Part shown: piece after piece, positions 1 through 10,336 of the stretch
Position numbering within the stretch: the stretch's first letter is position 1
How the letters are laid out: each line of letters opens with the position of its first letter
Source of the DNA: an uncultured delta proteobacterium
GTDB lineage: Bacteria > Desulfobacterota > Zymogenia > Zymogenales > Zymogenaceae
DNA length: 64,000 bases
Direction: 5' to 3'
NCBI GenBank assembly: GCA_963735595.1
Contig: CAVTLK010000005.1
Location: forward strand, 576,001 to 640,000
Notes under the pieces: model-generated
Told to the model about the DNA's origin: nothing
The model's input: the letters and a program-made list of their open reading frames with translations, nothing else
The model's database searches: none
Position numbers and translations under genes: made by a program

Positions 1-2
1 CC

Positions 3-548
3 AACAGGTACAACCTCCGAAAGGCTCAAGCCAGCCATGACGAGAACGAGCTCAGGAGATACGTCCACCAGGGGTGGGGCCTGGCCGCGCTCGGGGAGAT
101 AAGCACCCCGATTTTGCGGGTGGCGCTCGTCGAGATCGTAAAGAACCCGCGGGTTATCGCCAGGTGGCTGGCGATGTTTTTCCGCTACTACCATAACTGG
201 CATTACGAGCGGTTCGACTACGGCACATCGCGGAACGAGCCGGTCAAGACGGGCCCGAAGAAAACGGGAGACGGGGGGAGCGGATTTGCGTTTGCGTGGG
301 GGCTCCTGGATTCTTCTCTTTTCATCCTGGGACCGGTTATCAGGTTCCTGGCCCTGCTGTCGATCCTGCCCGTGTGGCTTGCGAACCCCCTGGCGCGGCT
401 GGTGCTTCCCGTCGTCGAGCCGCTCTATTCGGGGGGCGTACGAATAACGAAGGGCGTGGCGGCGCGCCTGAGCGAGCGTCTTGTCGCCTATACCGTGAAC
501 GCCGATCCGTCGGTCTTCGGCGGCAGGCCGAAAAAAGGGAGGAACTGA
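3..548 (+). CDS. C-terminal part of a protein truncated by the window edge; possibly a FixC/ETF-QO-like flavoprotein
   Basis: Frame is open from position 3 to the TGA at 546-548, 1 nt before a FixX-like ferredoxin. The product guess rests on context only. Confidence 0.4.
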   Translation, partial: NRYNLRKAQASHDENELRRYVHQGWGLAALGEISTPILRVALVEIVKNPRVIARWLAMFFRYYHNWHYERFDYGTSRNEPVKTGPKKTGDGGSGFAFAWGLLDSSLFILGPVIRFLALLSILPVWLANPLARLVLPVVEPLYSGGVRITKGVAARLSERLVAYTVNADPSVFGGRPKKGRN

Positions 549-549
549 T

Positions 550-819
550 ATGACAACGACGTCACAGAGATTCCCGGGAGTCGAGTGGGTAAAGGCGGCG
601 GCCGACTTCGTCTCGGTCGACGATGAGAGGTGCAACGGGTGCGGCGACTGTATGAAGGTCTGCCTGGCCGGATGCTTTACCGTCGAAAACAAAAAGGCCC
701 GGGTGAGGAGCCTCGACGAGTGTATGGAGTGCGGCTCCTGCTGGTACATCTGCGACCGCGAGGCTGTCCGCTTCTCGTGGCCGGAGGGGGGAAAGGGCTT
801 CAGGACGAGGTTCGGGTAG
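550..819 (+). CDS. FixX-like 2x[4Fe-4S] ferredoxin
   Basis: CNGCGDCMKVC and CMECGSCWYIC motifs; C-terminal FSWPEGGKGFRTRFG resembles the FixX ending. Confidence 0.8.
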   Translation: MTTTSQRFPGVEWVKAAADFVSVDDERCNGCGDCMKVCLAGCFTVENKKARVRSLDECMECGSCWYICDREAVRFSWPEGGKGFRTRFG

Positions 820-994
820 GGGGATATAGGAACATGCACTAAATTCGTTTCTTCGGTCAAGGACTTCGTCGACTCGGTGAGCGAAGTATAGGACCGCTCT
901 TCCTCAACCGCGATCTCAAATCCTTTTTCCGCGTTTGTCCTGAATAGTCTCACCTTTGTCTTTTTCGACCGAATTCTTAGCTAAAATTTTTTTA

Positions 995-1023
995 TTGACT
1001 TTCCAAATGGAAAGCCGTATAAA
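995..1023 (+). promoter_or_regulatory. sigma70 promoter with an operator-like palindrome in the spacer
   Basis: TTGACT (995-1000), 17 nt, TATAAA (1018-1023); inverted repeat CTTTCCA-AA-TGGAAAG at 999-1014. Confidence 0.65.
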
Positions 1024-1078
1024 TTAAATTAAATGAAGCTCTCCATCAACAAAATACTGTTTCTTCGGAGGGTATCGC

Positions 1079-2335
1079 ATGAATAAGACTTATTTTGATG
1101 CACACTGCCATATCTTTACCCTGCGGTTTGGATTGAAAGAGGCCAGGAATATGGTTCACGACATGCTCGACGGAACCTATCCATGGCATCCGCCCCTCGC
1201 CGCAACAGAGCTGACTAAGTCCGAGCGGTCGGGCATTAAAGGCTTTTTGAGACAATTCTATGAGCTAATATCGGCGTCATTCGGCTCGGAAGAAGAAAAC
1301 CTTGACTTTCTTCAGAAGGAATCCTCAAAGGCCATGCTCGGTACCGAATGGCGCATAGCGCCGCTCATGATGGATATTTTTTACATTTTCGCTTATCCAT
1401 TAGGTAAAGGGCAAACGGCTGAGCAAAAAAGGGGGATAACTACGGGACCTATTGAAAAAGCCGAGTTTCAAGAGGCCTGGGACGAAATCCTTGACGATCT
1501 CACAGATCATATATCATCGAAAGTGCGCGGCGCTGGATTGGCGAAAGGTAATGAGCTTACTATTTCCCTTGATGCGATAGACGCTGAAAGAGATGTAGGA
1601 GGGACCGTAAGGTTTAGGACCGGTTTAGTTAGGGCAGAAGGGTTTTATAAAACGGAAGGTTATTGCTTTCACTTGAACAACCTGGTAAATCTGGTTGAAC
1701 GACGTAAGGGCGAGTTATACCCCTTTATTGCGGTTGATCCGCGCAGGCCGGGCATAATCGAAGAAATCGTCGGTGGGAACTATATCGACAATAAGGGCCC
1801 ATTTTACGGGGTAAAGCTTTACCCGCGCTTGGGCTATCATCCGCAATCTGCGCCGATGGATGCGTTGTATCGTTACTGTAACGACCGGAAAATTCCCGTC
1901 ACCTTCCACTGCGGAAAAAGCGGCTTTCCCCCGGGTAACGAATGGAAATATGCCGACTTTGGAAATCCCCTGAACTTTGAACCTATTATCCAACAATATC
2001 CGGCCCTGAAGATTAATTTTGCCCATCTCGGGAGTTCGGATCCAACCCATGACTGGGCAAACGCCATTATTGGCCTGATGAATAACTATGAAAACGTCTA
2101 TTCCGATCTGTCCTGCTACACCGGTAGAGATGACCTGCAGGCAGCAAAGAAGCTCTGGGATGATAACCCTATACTAAGGTCGCGGCTCATGTTCGGCTCC
2201 GATTTTGACGTGATGTATTTCACGGACGAGATAACGATGGCATCCTATTTTGCCAACTTTAAAAATATCTTTTCGGCAGGTGATCTGAAGCTCCTGATGA
2301 ACGATAACCCGATAACGTTTTTTGGACCGCATTAG
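1079..2335 (+). CDS. Amidohydrolase-2 family metal-dependent hydrolase
   Basis: DAHCH, GVKLYPRLGYHP, FHCG, AHLG and MFGSDF motifs; SD GGAGG; visibly lower GC than its neighbours. Confidence 0.85.
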   Translation: MNKTYFDAHCHIFTLRFGLKEARNMVHDMLDGTYPWHPPLAATELTKSERSGIKGFLRQFYELISASFGSEEENLDFLQKESSKAMLGTEWRIAPLMMDIFYIFAYPLGKGQTAEQKRGITTGPIEKAEFQEAWDEILDDLTDHISSKVRGAGLAKGNELTISLDAIDAERDVGGTVRFRTGLVRAEGFYKTEGYCFHLNNLVNLVERRKGELYPFIAVDPRRPGIIEEIVGGNYIDNKGPFYGVKLYPRLGYHPQSAPMDALYRYCNDRKIPVTFHCGKSGFPPGNEWKYADFGNPLNFEPIIQQYPALKINFAHLGSSDPTHDWANAIIGLMNNYENVYSDLSCYTGRDDLQAAKKLWDDNPILRSRLMFGSDFDVMYFTDEITMASYFANFKNIFSAGDLKLLMNDNPITFFGPH

Positions 2336-2581
2336 TCCCGTCGTCAGGCAGCGGAAAGAAAAAGAGCGGTGTTTCGTCTTAGTTTGAGGTTTCATACGGG
2401 CAACCTAAACGCCACCTCATTCGGCAAGCTGCATGGGGGGCCCCGACAGGAGACGTCCGTGCCACCCAGCCGAGGTTCGGGTAGGGCGGCCGACTACCGA
2501 TTCCGGGGCCTTTTACCGGCCCGTAAGGGCCGATAATCCACGATAATTCGTCTTATTACCGAGGCCGCTCTCATTATTTCC

Positions 2582-2610
2582 TTGACATTTGATAAAAATC
2601 CGTATAAAAT
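2582..2610 (+). promoter_or_regulatory. sigma70 promoter for the RRM gene
   Basis: TTGACA (2582-2587), 17 nt, TAAAAT (2605-2610). Confidence 0.75.
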
Positions 2611-2644
2611 TAGTTAAAATCAGGATATGGATTCTGATTTGTGT

Positions 2645-2813
2645 GCTGCCGGAGAGGGGGTCTGACTACCTTCTTTGAGGTGATCAGCGAACTTTCAGGC
2701 GGCTTTTTTATTTTTTCATTCTCGTGTGTAATGATGTTTTCTGTTAAGAGGTCCTGTTTCTTTTCTCCCTTTAACCTCCTCAGACGACTATTGTTAGCAG
2801 GAGAGAAAAGGAG
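2645..2813 (+). promoter_or_regulatory. Structured 5' leader: terminator-like hairpin plus an SD-sequestering hairpin
   Basis: Hairpin 2645-2703 followed by T6; 2757-2775 pairs with 2793-2813, covering AGGAG. Confidence 0.55.
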
Positions 2814-2819
2814 TTGAAG

Positions 2820-3104
2820 ATGCAGGAAAACAAGTTATTTGTCGGAAACCTTACCTATTCGGTTACTTCCGAGGATCTCACCGGGCTCTTTGCCAACCAC
2901 GGATCGGTCGTAGAGGCCAAGGTCATCGAGGGCAAGGGCTTCGGGTTCGTCGAGATGTCCACCAAGGAAGAGGCCGATGCGGCCAAGGAGGCCCTGAACG
3001 GCTCCGACTTTTCCGGACGGTCACTGAACGTGGATACGGCTAAGCCGCCCAAGAGCAGGGACGACCGTGGCGGAAGCGGCGGCGGATACCGTAGCAGGTA
3101 CTAA
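2820..3104 (+). CDS. RRM (RNP-1) RNA-binding protein with a Gly/Arg tail
   Basis: KLFVGNL (RNP2), KGFGFVEM (RNP1), GGSGGGYRSRY tail. Confidence 0.95.
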   Translation: MQENKLFVGNLTYSVTSEDLTGLFANHGSVVEAKVIEGKGFGFVEMSTKEEADAAKEALNGSDFSGRSLNVDTAKPPKSRDDRGGSGGGYRSRY

Positions 3105-3127
3105 TCCGATAGTCGATTCCGACTGAG

Positions 3128-3158
3128 AAAAGGGGGGGAATATTCCCTCCCTTTTTTT
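3128..3158 (+). terminator. Intrinsic terminator
   Basis: AAAAGGGGGGGAA-TA-TTCCCTCCCTTTTTTT. Confidence 0.8.
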
Positions 3159-3174
3159 ATTGGACGCGGACACG

Positions 3175-3256
3175 GAATTACGGGGACACGTACCTAATTC
3201 ATTTCTGAAAGTATTATATACATAACCAGAAAATTAGGTACGCGTCCCCGTAATTC
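3175..3256. repeat. REP/MITE-like 25-bp inverted repeat with an AT-rich core
   Basis: GAATTACGGGGACACGTACCTAATT (3175-3199) vs AATTAGGTACGCGTCCCCGTAATTC (3232-3256); 24/25 complementary. Confidence 0.8.
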
Positions 3257-3268
3257 TCCGTAATTCGA

Positions 3269-4354
3269 TTAATCGAGCTTCAGTTCGATCCCCCGGTTCT
3301 GCGCCCGCTGGTAGAGCCAGACCAGGATATTCTCGGGCGGCTTCTCGCACTCGGCGTCGGGCCGTTGTACGAGCGTGATCGATCCTGCCGGGCAGGCCGT
3401 CGCGCACAGGCCGCACCCGATGCAGCGCTCCGCGGCCACGCGATAGGCGCCGTTATCTTCGTCGATTGCCCCCACCGGGCAGCGCTCCTCGGCGCAGATC
3501 CCGCAGCCGGAGCAGGCGGCCGGGTCTATGTGTGCGACATAGTCGCTGCGCGCCAGCAGGTGCGGCGCGCCGAGCTCTCGGATCCCCCGCAACAGGCCGC
3601 AGCAGCACGGGCAGCAGTTACAGAGCCCGAAGTGGCCCGTCTGGGTGTTGTAGAAGGCGCTGTGGACGAGCCCCCGCCGCTCGGCGTCTTCAAGGATGGA
3701 AAACGCCTCCTCTTTACTGATGTCGCGCCCCCCCAGCGAGAAATCCCCCGGTGAGCTCGGCCTGGCCGAAAAGGAGAGGCAGACCTCGATCGGCTGGTCA
3801 CACTCGTGGCCGGTCAGCTGCCGTTCCTTACGGCAGATGCACTCGTGGATGTGGAATGACTGTGCGTCGGCGATCATCTTCTTGACGTCTTCGTAGGCGA
3901 ATACCTCGCCCCGCTTGTCGATAGGCGCGTTGACGGGAACCACGCGGGCCAGGGCCGGGGCGAAGCTGCCGATTGTGCGCTGCAGCGTGGGCCAGTACCG
4001 CTCGCAGAGCGCCGCAAGCTCCGCGTCGATGCGGTACATCTGGAACTCGTATATCCCCACGACAAAGGGCATCAGCAGGTAAAACCGCCGCCCCTCCCAG
4101 CTGATACAGCCGATCTGGCCCTTTTCGGCCATGGAATCAAGGGTCGCCCCCACGTCCGTTACGGGCCTCCCGAGGCGGCCGGCTATGGTCTCGGCGTCCT
4201 CCGGAATGGCCTTGAGCAGGAGTGCGGTCTCGGCGTCTTCGGGCGAAAATATCTTCTCGAGGATCTTGATTTCCACGCCGTCGTCGGCGGGCGGAAAGCC
4301 GTTTGGCAGATCGTCGAGGCGCTTTGCCAGGCGCCGGTATACGTTGTCGGTCAT
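3269..4354 (-). CDS. Cys-rich 4Fe-4S binding protein (N-terminal wHTH-like region, CNCCxCCC, C-terminal 2x[4Fe-4S])
   Basis: [40 protein letters not shown]. Confidence 0.85.
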   Translation of the reverse strand: MTDNVYRRLAKRLDDLPNGFPPADDGVEIKILEKIFSPEDAETALLLKAIPEDAETIAGRLGRPVTDVGATLDSMAEKGQIGCISWEGRRFYLLMPFVVGIYEFQMYRIDAELAALCERYWPTLQRTIGSFAPALARVVPVNAPIDKRGEVFAYEDVKKMIADAQSFHIHECICRKERQLTGHECDQPIEVCLSFSARPSSPGDFSLGGRDISKEEAFSILEDAERRGLVHSAFYNTQTGHFGLCNCCPCCCGLLRGIRELGAPHLLARSDYVAHIDPAACSGCGICAEERCPVGAIDEDNGAYRVAAERCIGCGLCATACPAGSITLVQRPDAECEKPPENILVWLYQRAQNRGIELKLD

Positions 4355-4659
4355 GGTTTCCTGTCTATCATAGTGTATAAACGAATAATTCGCCGCGGCA
4401 TACGGACGGACTATTCCAGAGACACATGGTAATGCCCGGCGTACGAAAAGTCAACGCTAATAACTCGCATGCTGATCCGTATTCTACAGACTAACCCTTT
4501 ATGCGGCAAATTAGTAAGGGAGGCTCGTTTTCCGCGCCGGCCTGCTGACCGCGTTCAGTTAAGCCGGTGAGGGTTAAAGCGAAGGCGCGCCACCGCTCCG
4601 TTTGCGTTTCCGGGTATCTTATGATACGGTAGATAAAAAACGAAAGGAAGGAACATTCC

Positions 4660-5487
4660 GTGGGACGGGACCTCAAGGCCGAAAACCTGGCGATCTCGGT
4701 GCCGAACGCCGGGTGTGACAAGAACTGCCCCTACTGCGTCTCGCGCATGACCGGCTACGTCACCAACGACTACCCGAGGATGCTGCGCAACGTCAATAAG
4801 GTTATCCACGTCGCCCGGGCCGCCGAGGTCACGTCGGTCCTCTTTACCGGCAAGGGGGAGCCGACGCTGGTCTATCGGGAGCTTATCGAGTTGGCCGGCC
4901 TCTTCAACTTCTGGCCCCTGGAGCTTCAGACCAACGGGATAGGGCTGTCGGACGGCGACGATTCGCTGCTATCGGGGCTTTACGACGCGGGGTTTGACGT
5001 GGTCGCCGTATCCATCGACAACAGGAAAGAGCTCGACGCCTACCGTGAGCTCTTTTCGCGGATCGGGCGAGCCGGGCTGATCTCTCGCATCACCGTCAAT
5101 ATCACCGACCTCCTGGGCGAAATTACCTTTTCGGAGCTTCTGACCTACTGCCGGACAAACAGGATCTCCCAGCTCACGCTCAGGCGGATCGTTACCCCCG
5201 AAGACCCGAAGGACGCCCGGACGGCGGATTGGATCGCGCGTCACGCCCACGACAGTGACTATCGCTCGCTCATGGAGCAGGCGCGGTTATTCGTATCCGA
5301 GCACGGGAAACTTATCCGCACGCTCAACCACGGGGTGGAGGTCTACGACTGCGGCGGCGTCTCGTTCTCCTACAGCGATTACTGTATCCAGGAGCATAAC
5401 CTCGGAGACAACGTCCGCTCCCTGGTTTTCCTCGAGGACGGCCACCTCTACACCTCATGGAACTCCCCGGCGTCTATCCTCTTTTAG
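4660..5487 (+). CDS. Radical SAM protein, function unknown
   Basis: CDKNCPYC (CxxxCxxC), TGKGEP and QTNG motifs; no SPASM domain. Confidence 0.85.
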   Translation: MGRDLKAENLAISVPNAGCDKNCPYCVSRMTGYVTNDYPRMLRNVNKVIHVARAAEVTSVLFTGKGEPTLVYRELIELAGLFNFWPLELQTNGIGLSDGDDSLLSGLYDAGFDVVAVSIDNRKELDAYRELFSRIGRAGLISRITVNITDLLGEITFSELLTYCRTNRISQLTLRRIVTPEDPKDARTADWIARHAHDSDYRSLMEQARLFVSEHGKLIRTLNHGVEVYDCGGVSFSYSDYCIQEHNLGDNVRSLVFLEDGHLYTSWNSPASILF

Positions 5488-5511
5488 CAGGCGCCGCATC
5501 GTCTTCTTTTC

Positions 5512-5540
5512 TTGACAACAGATTTTAGTCCTGATATAGT
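5512..5540 (+). promoter_or_regulatory. sigma70 promoter
   Basis: TTGACA (5512-5517), 17 nt, TATAGT (5535-5540), with extended -10 TG. Confidence 0.7.
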
Positions 5541-5573
5541 ATCCCGCATTTTATTTTAGGGACGGTAGGTGTC

Positions 5574-6347
5574 ATGATACGATCCATCCGGCGCGGCGTG
5601 ATAGCGGTCATACCCTTTTCCGGCGTACTGACGATGAAGTCGGTGGCGTCGGTCGTGGAGCTGATCGAGTATGCCGAAAAGGCGCGGCGGATCAGGGGAG
5701 TGCTGCTGAACCTCTCCAGCCAGGGGGGATCGGTCACCGCAACCGAGGTCCTGGTCATGGCGCTCAGGCGCCTCAAGGAACAAAAGCCCCTGTTTGTCTG
5801 GACGACCATGGCCGCTTCCGGCGGCTACTACGCTGCGGCCGTCGCCGACCGGATCGTGGCGGTGCCGTCGGCCGTAATCGGCAGTATCGGCGTGATCTTC
5901 CTCAAGCCCGACATCTCCGGGGTCATGAACCGCATCGGGGTCAAGGTCGAGGTCCTCAAAGAGGGCGCCCTTAAAGACGACACGCTTTTGACCAAGAAGA
6001 TGACGCCCGCGGGCAGAAAGAAGATCGAGGCCATCAACCGGGAAGTGTATAACGACTTTGTGAGCGCGGTGGCGCAGGGCAGGAAGCTGCCCGAAAAAGC
6101 AGTGAGAAAGGTCGCCACCGGCGAGATATTCACCGCCCGGCGCGGTAAAGAGCTGGGCCTGGTGGACGAGCTCGGGGATCTGAGGGCGGCGACCGACGCC
6201 CTGGCAAAAGAGGTCGGCGTAAAACCGCACCGGGTTATCCAGATGCAGGTCAGGAGGCCGTGGCTCTATTCGCTTTTTGACCGGGGCGTGCGGGCGGCGG
6301 CGGCCGACGTGATGGGCGAGCTGTTCGGGCCGGGGCTCTACTACTGA
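5574..6347 (+). CDS. sppA: Signal peptide peptidase SppA (S49, short type)
   Basis: SQGGS, AASGGYY, GSIGV, GLVDELG. Confidence 0.9.
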   Translation: MIRSIRRGVIAVIPFSGVLTMKSVASVVELIEYAEKARRIRGVLLNLSSQGGSVTATEVLVMALRRLKEQKPLFVWTTMAASGGYYAAAVADRIVAVPSAVIGSIGVIFLKPDISGVMNRIGVKVEVLKEGALKDDTLLTKKMTPAGRKKIEAINREVYNDFVSAVAQGRKLPEKAVRKVATGEIFTARRGKELGLVDELGDLRAATDALAKEVGVKPHRVIQMQVRRPWLYSLFDRGVRAAAADVMGELFGPGLYY

Positions 6348-6425
6348 CGAGAGGCTTCCGCCTACGCCCTGACCCCGGCCCTTTCGCGTCCGGTATCCGA
6401 ATACATATAATAATACGATGGTGAC

Positions 6426-7315
6426 ATGACCATGCATGAGATAGAAAAGAAGCTTATAAGCGACATCCTGCTGTTTGACGGTGCCATGGGAACGATGCTC
6501 ATGGAACGGGGGATCAAGGCCGGAGAGACCGCCGAGACCTGGGTGCTGGACCACCCCGACGAGATCGAGGCCGTCCACGGGCCTACTTTGCCGCCGGGGC
6601 CGATGTTGCGACAACGGCGACCTTCGGCGCCACGTCGCTGAAACTTGCGCACTATAAGCTTTCCGACCGGGCCGCCGAGATCAACCGGAAGGGCGCCGAG
6701 CTCGCCAGGAAGGCCTGCCCCGCGGGCAGGTTCGTCGCCGGGGACATCGGCCCCACCGGAAAGCTGTTCAAACCCGCCGGCGACGCCGACGAGGCCGAAT
6801 TGGCCCTGTGTTCGCCGAGCAGGCCAAGGCGCTGGCCGAGGGCGGGGTGGACTTCCTGATAATCGAGACGATGATGGACGTGAACGAGGCGCTCATCGCG
6901 CTCTCGGCGGCGCAGGTCGACGGGGCTTCCCGTCTTTGCGACGATCTCGTTTGCAAGAAGCCCCGCGGTTACTTTACGATCATGGGCAACAAACCCGCGG
7001 ACGCCGCGCGCGCGCTGGTCGACGGCCGGGGCCGCGGCGGTGGGGACAAACTGCTCGCTTCGCATCGGTGACATGATCGATGTGGTGGCCGAGATGGCAG
7101 GCGCAATCGATATCCCTATCATCGCCCAGCCCAACGCGGGCAATCCCGAGACGGAGGGCGGCGTAACGACCTATATCGACGGGCCGGAGGTCTACGCCGA
7201 ATGACGCCGGAACTGATCGGCGCCGGTGCGCGGGTCGTCGGCGGGTGCTGCGGCACGACGCCCGGAGACGATCCGGCGGATGCGGGAGGTCATCGACACC
7301 CTGCCGCCTTCGTGA
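6426..7315 (+). CDS. Homocysteine S-methyltransferase family protein (MetH N-domain-like), split by several frameshifts
   Basis: FDGAMGTML, AGDIGPTG, GVDFLIIETM, AQPNAG and GGCCGTTP are spread over different frames. Confidence 0.8.
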
Positions 7316-7394
7316 GGGCGGCCCATTCGATTAAGACGATACTTCGGAACGGATAGCAACGGTCACCTAAACCACACTCAGGAGGTTACTATCT

Positions 7395-8899
7395 ATGGCG
7401 GGAAAAGACATTTTCAGAAACCCCATCGACGCGAATCACATCCTCAAGGGGCTGTCGACGGACGAGCTGCGTAATCTGGCCAAGAAGGACGAGCGTACCA
7501 CGAAACACGGCAGCGCCGCATACATCAGCGTCGTCAGGAACCGTTCTGCCAAGTTCACCGAGGTCGTCTTCGGCGACCCAACGCCCGAGCAGGAAAAGAT
7601 CCTCAAGGACGTCCAGGAATACCTCACGTGGAAGACGATGATCCAGGTGGATCGGGACATGTGCATCAACCCCGACCACGTGATTTTCTGCCGGCTCCTG
7701 ATCACCGAGGAATACGCCCGCATTGCGTACATGTGGAACGAGACGCTGTTTGAGCCGAAAAATCCGAACCGCGAGCCCGACCAGACTATCGATATACGTT
7801 CCCGAGTGGCGGGAGCGCAAGGTCCTCGTCCAACCCGACCTCGGGCGTCACCTATGTCCTCGGGCACCGACTACCTGGGCGAGAACAAGAAGGCCCACCT
7901 GAGGATGGGGATGTACCGGGCCAAGAAGAAGGGGGGGCTGGGCCTGCACGCCGGCAGCAAGATCATCAACGTCAAGACCAAGGACGGCAAGCTCGTCAGC
8001 AAGGGGGCCATCCTCTTCGGGCTGTCGGGCACGGGCAAGACGTCGCTCTCGTGCCATAACCACGGGCTTACCGGTGACGAGGGGATCGTCATCCGCCAGG
8101 ACGACGTCATCTTCATGCTGCCGGACATGTACTGCGTGGGCACCGAACGCAACTATTATATCAAGACCGAGGGCCTGGAGCCGAAGGGCCAGCCGCTGCT
8201 TTTCGCCGCCGCGACCAGCAAGCGCGCCATCCTCGAGAACATCTGGGTCGACCGCGACGGCGCGATCGACTTCTTTGACTACAAGATCACCAGCAACGGC
8301 CGGTGCGTCGTCTACCGGGAGGACGTGGGTTATCACCGACAAGGACATCGACCTGCCCAGGGCCGATATCATCATCTTCATCACCCGGCGAAACGACATC
8401 GTCCCGCCCGTCGTGCGCCTGAGCCCGGAGCAGGGCGCGGCCTTCTTCATGCTCGGGGAATCCATCGAGACGTCGGCCGGCGACCCCACCCAGGCGGGCA
8501 AATCCAAGCGCGTCGTGGGGACAAACCCGTTCATCGTCGGCGACGAGGCCGAAGAGGGAAATATCTTCCTGAAGTTCCTGCGAAATAATCCGGACTGCGA
8601 GTGCTTCCTCATGAACACCGGGCGCGTCGGCGGGGCCGACGGCGAGAAGATCACCGTTCACCGACTCCGCGGCGATCATGCGCGAGATCGCCCGGGGCGA
8701 GATCGAGTGGGAAAAAGACCCGCACTGGGGCTACGAGGTGGCCACGTCGGTGCCCGGTATTGATATTAAACGCTTCGACCCGCACCGCTTCTACGACGAC
8801 AAAGAGTACCGCCGCCTCACCGAGGTGCTCAGGAAGGAGCGGGAGGCGTGGCTGGCCAAGTTCGAAAGCCTGGACCCCGATATCCTGTCGGCGATATAG
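7395..8899 (+). CDS. pckA: Phosphoenolpyruvate carboxykinase (ATP), frameshifted
   Basis: YLGENKK, LHAGSK, FGLSGTGKTSLS, QDD, NGRC, FMLGES and MNTG motifs over 3-4 frames. Confidence 0.88.
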
Positions 8900-8925
8900 G
8901 GATCCGATCATAATGAGTGACACCG

Positions 8926-8952
8926 CGGGGGGCCGATGCCCCCCGTTTTTTT
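8926..8952 (+). terminator. Intrinsic terminator
   Basis: CGGGGGGC-CGAT-GCCCCCCG followed by T7. Confidence 0.85.
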
Positions 8953-9107
8953 AGACTCTGCGTATCCAACGGCCCCGGAAACTCAGCGGGTCCAAGACAA
9001 CGGCTTGATTGCGACGACGCCGTATTTAGGTATGTCCTTTATGAAACCTATGGATTATAATTAATCATTGTATCGTTTCAATTCCATGACACATATCTGG
9101 TGGTCCG

Positions 9108-9839
9108 ATGAACAAGAACAGAAAAAAAAGGACAGCAGTATGTCAGATTACCCACCGGGAATACCCGATGGAGGAGCTGGTGCCGGCATCCCTGATCAGC
9201 CAGGCCTCACTCGATCTGGTAAAGGAACAGCACCCCGACTGGGACCCGAACGGCTATATTTCGATCGTTGAGCTTAATCGTTTGAGACACGAGCACGTCC
9301 AGCGTATGCTCGAAAAAGAGAAGGGTGAGATGACGCACCTGGAGCGGGAGGTCTTGAAGAGTATCAAGAACGCGCAGATCCTCTCCAGGAATGTTGAGAA
9401 GGACATCCAGGAGCGGTACACGCTCGGACAGAGGGTCGCCGACCGGGTGGCGGAGTTCGGGGGGAGCTGGGGCTTCATCATAGCGTTCTTCGTCTTTTTC
9501 ATGGTGTGGATACTTATCAATATAGCTGTCCTCGTCCAGAAACCGTTTGACCCGTATCCCTTCATCCTCCTGAACCTGATCCTCTCGTGCCTGGCGGCGA
9601 TCCAGGCGCCGGTCATCATGATGAGCCAGAACCGCAAGGAGGCCAAGGACCGGACCCGTTCAGAAAACGACTACCAGGTGAACCTCAAGGCAGAGATCGA
9701 GATCAAACAGCTCCACGAGAAACTTGATCACATCATCATCCACCACAACCGCCGCATCCTCGAGCTGCAGCAGCTGCAGGTCGATCTCTTGGATGAGATC
9801 ATCGACACGCTGCATGAAAACGGGAGTAAGAGGAAGTAG
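9108..9839 (+). CDS. DUF1003 membrane protein
   Basis: FGGSWGF, FDPYPFILLNLILSCLAAIQAPVIMMSQNR, DYQVNLKAE. Confidence 0.92.
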   Translation: MNKNRKKRTAVCQITHREYPMEELVPASLISQASLDLVKEQHPDWDPNGYISIVELNRLRHEHVQRMLEKEKGEMTHLEREVLKSIKNAQILSRNVEKDIQERYTLGQRVADRVAEFGGSWGFIIAFFVFFMVWILINIAVLVQKPFDPYPFILLNLILSCLAAIQAPVIMMSQNRKEAKDRTRSENDYQVNLKAEIEIKQLHEKLDHIIIHHNRRILELQQLQVDLLDEIIDTLHENGSKRK

Positions 9840-9890
9840 GAGGAAGAACCGGGGAGCCGTCTCCGGGATTAGACATGAGAGGAACCGAAA

Positions 9891-10214
9891 ATGATAAGCC
9901 GAATATGGCACGGCTGGACGAGCCGCGAAAACGCTGACGTCTACGAGGCGCTGTTACGTACCGAGATCTTCGTGGGAGTCGCCGAGCGGGCGATCGACGG
10001 CTATCGGGGGATCCACCTGTTGCGCCGTGACGTTGGTGAGGACGTCGAGTTCGTGACGATCATGTGGTTCGAGTCGCTTTCGGCCGTGCGGGCGTTTGCC
10101 GGGGAGGACTACGAGGCCGCCGTCGTGCCGCCGGCCGCGCGAAAGCTCCTGTCCCGTTTTGACGACCGCTCGGTGCATTACGAGGTGATCGAGCACCCTA
10201 ACCGGCAAGGCTGA
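9891..10214 (+). CDS. Antibiotic biosynthesis monooxygenase-like (dimeric alpha/beta barrel) protein
   Basis: MISRIWHGWT...FAGEDYEAAVVP pattern. Confidence 0.8.
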   Translation: MISRIWHGWTSRENADVYEALLRTEIFVGVAERAIDGYRGIHLLRRDVGEDVEFVTIMWFESLSAVRAFAGEDYEAAVVPPAARKLLSRFDDRSVHYEVIEHPNRQG

Positions 10215-10336
10215 GAATCCGGGCGGGCGCGGGGACAGCGGGGGCGGCAGTATCTCTAGGTGAAAGGGTACCGTCGGATACGAAATCGCTCGAATCTCTG
10301 CACCTTGATTCAAACCTTACTCGGGTGGAAAAAAGA

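Larger units (their letters stand above)
806..2486 (+). repeat. 16-bp perfect direct repeat CGAGGTTCGGGTAGGG (806-821 and 2471-2486) flanking a low-GC islet
   Basis: Both copies read directly from the sequence; the first spans the ferredoxin stop codon. Confidence 0.8.

Noticed and set aside
4490..4580. Hairpin upstream of the radical SAM gene (CCGGC..CTGA/TCAG..GCCGG, TAACCCT/AGGGTTA) as a riboswitch
   Set aside because: No recognisable SAM, cobalamin or other aptamer consensus; the stems are short.
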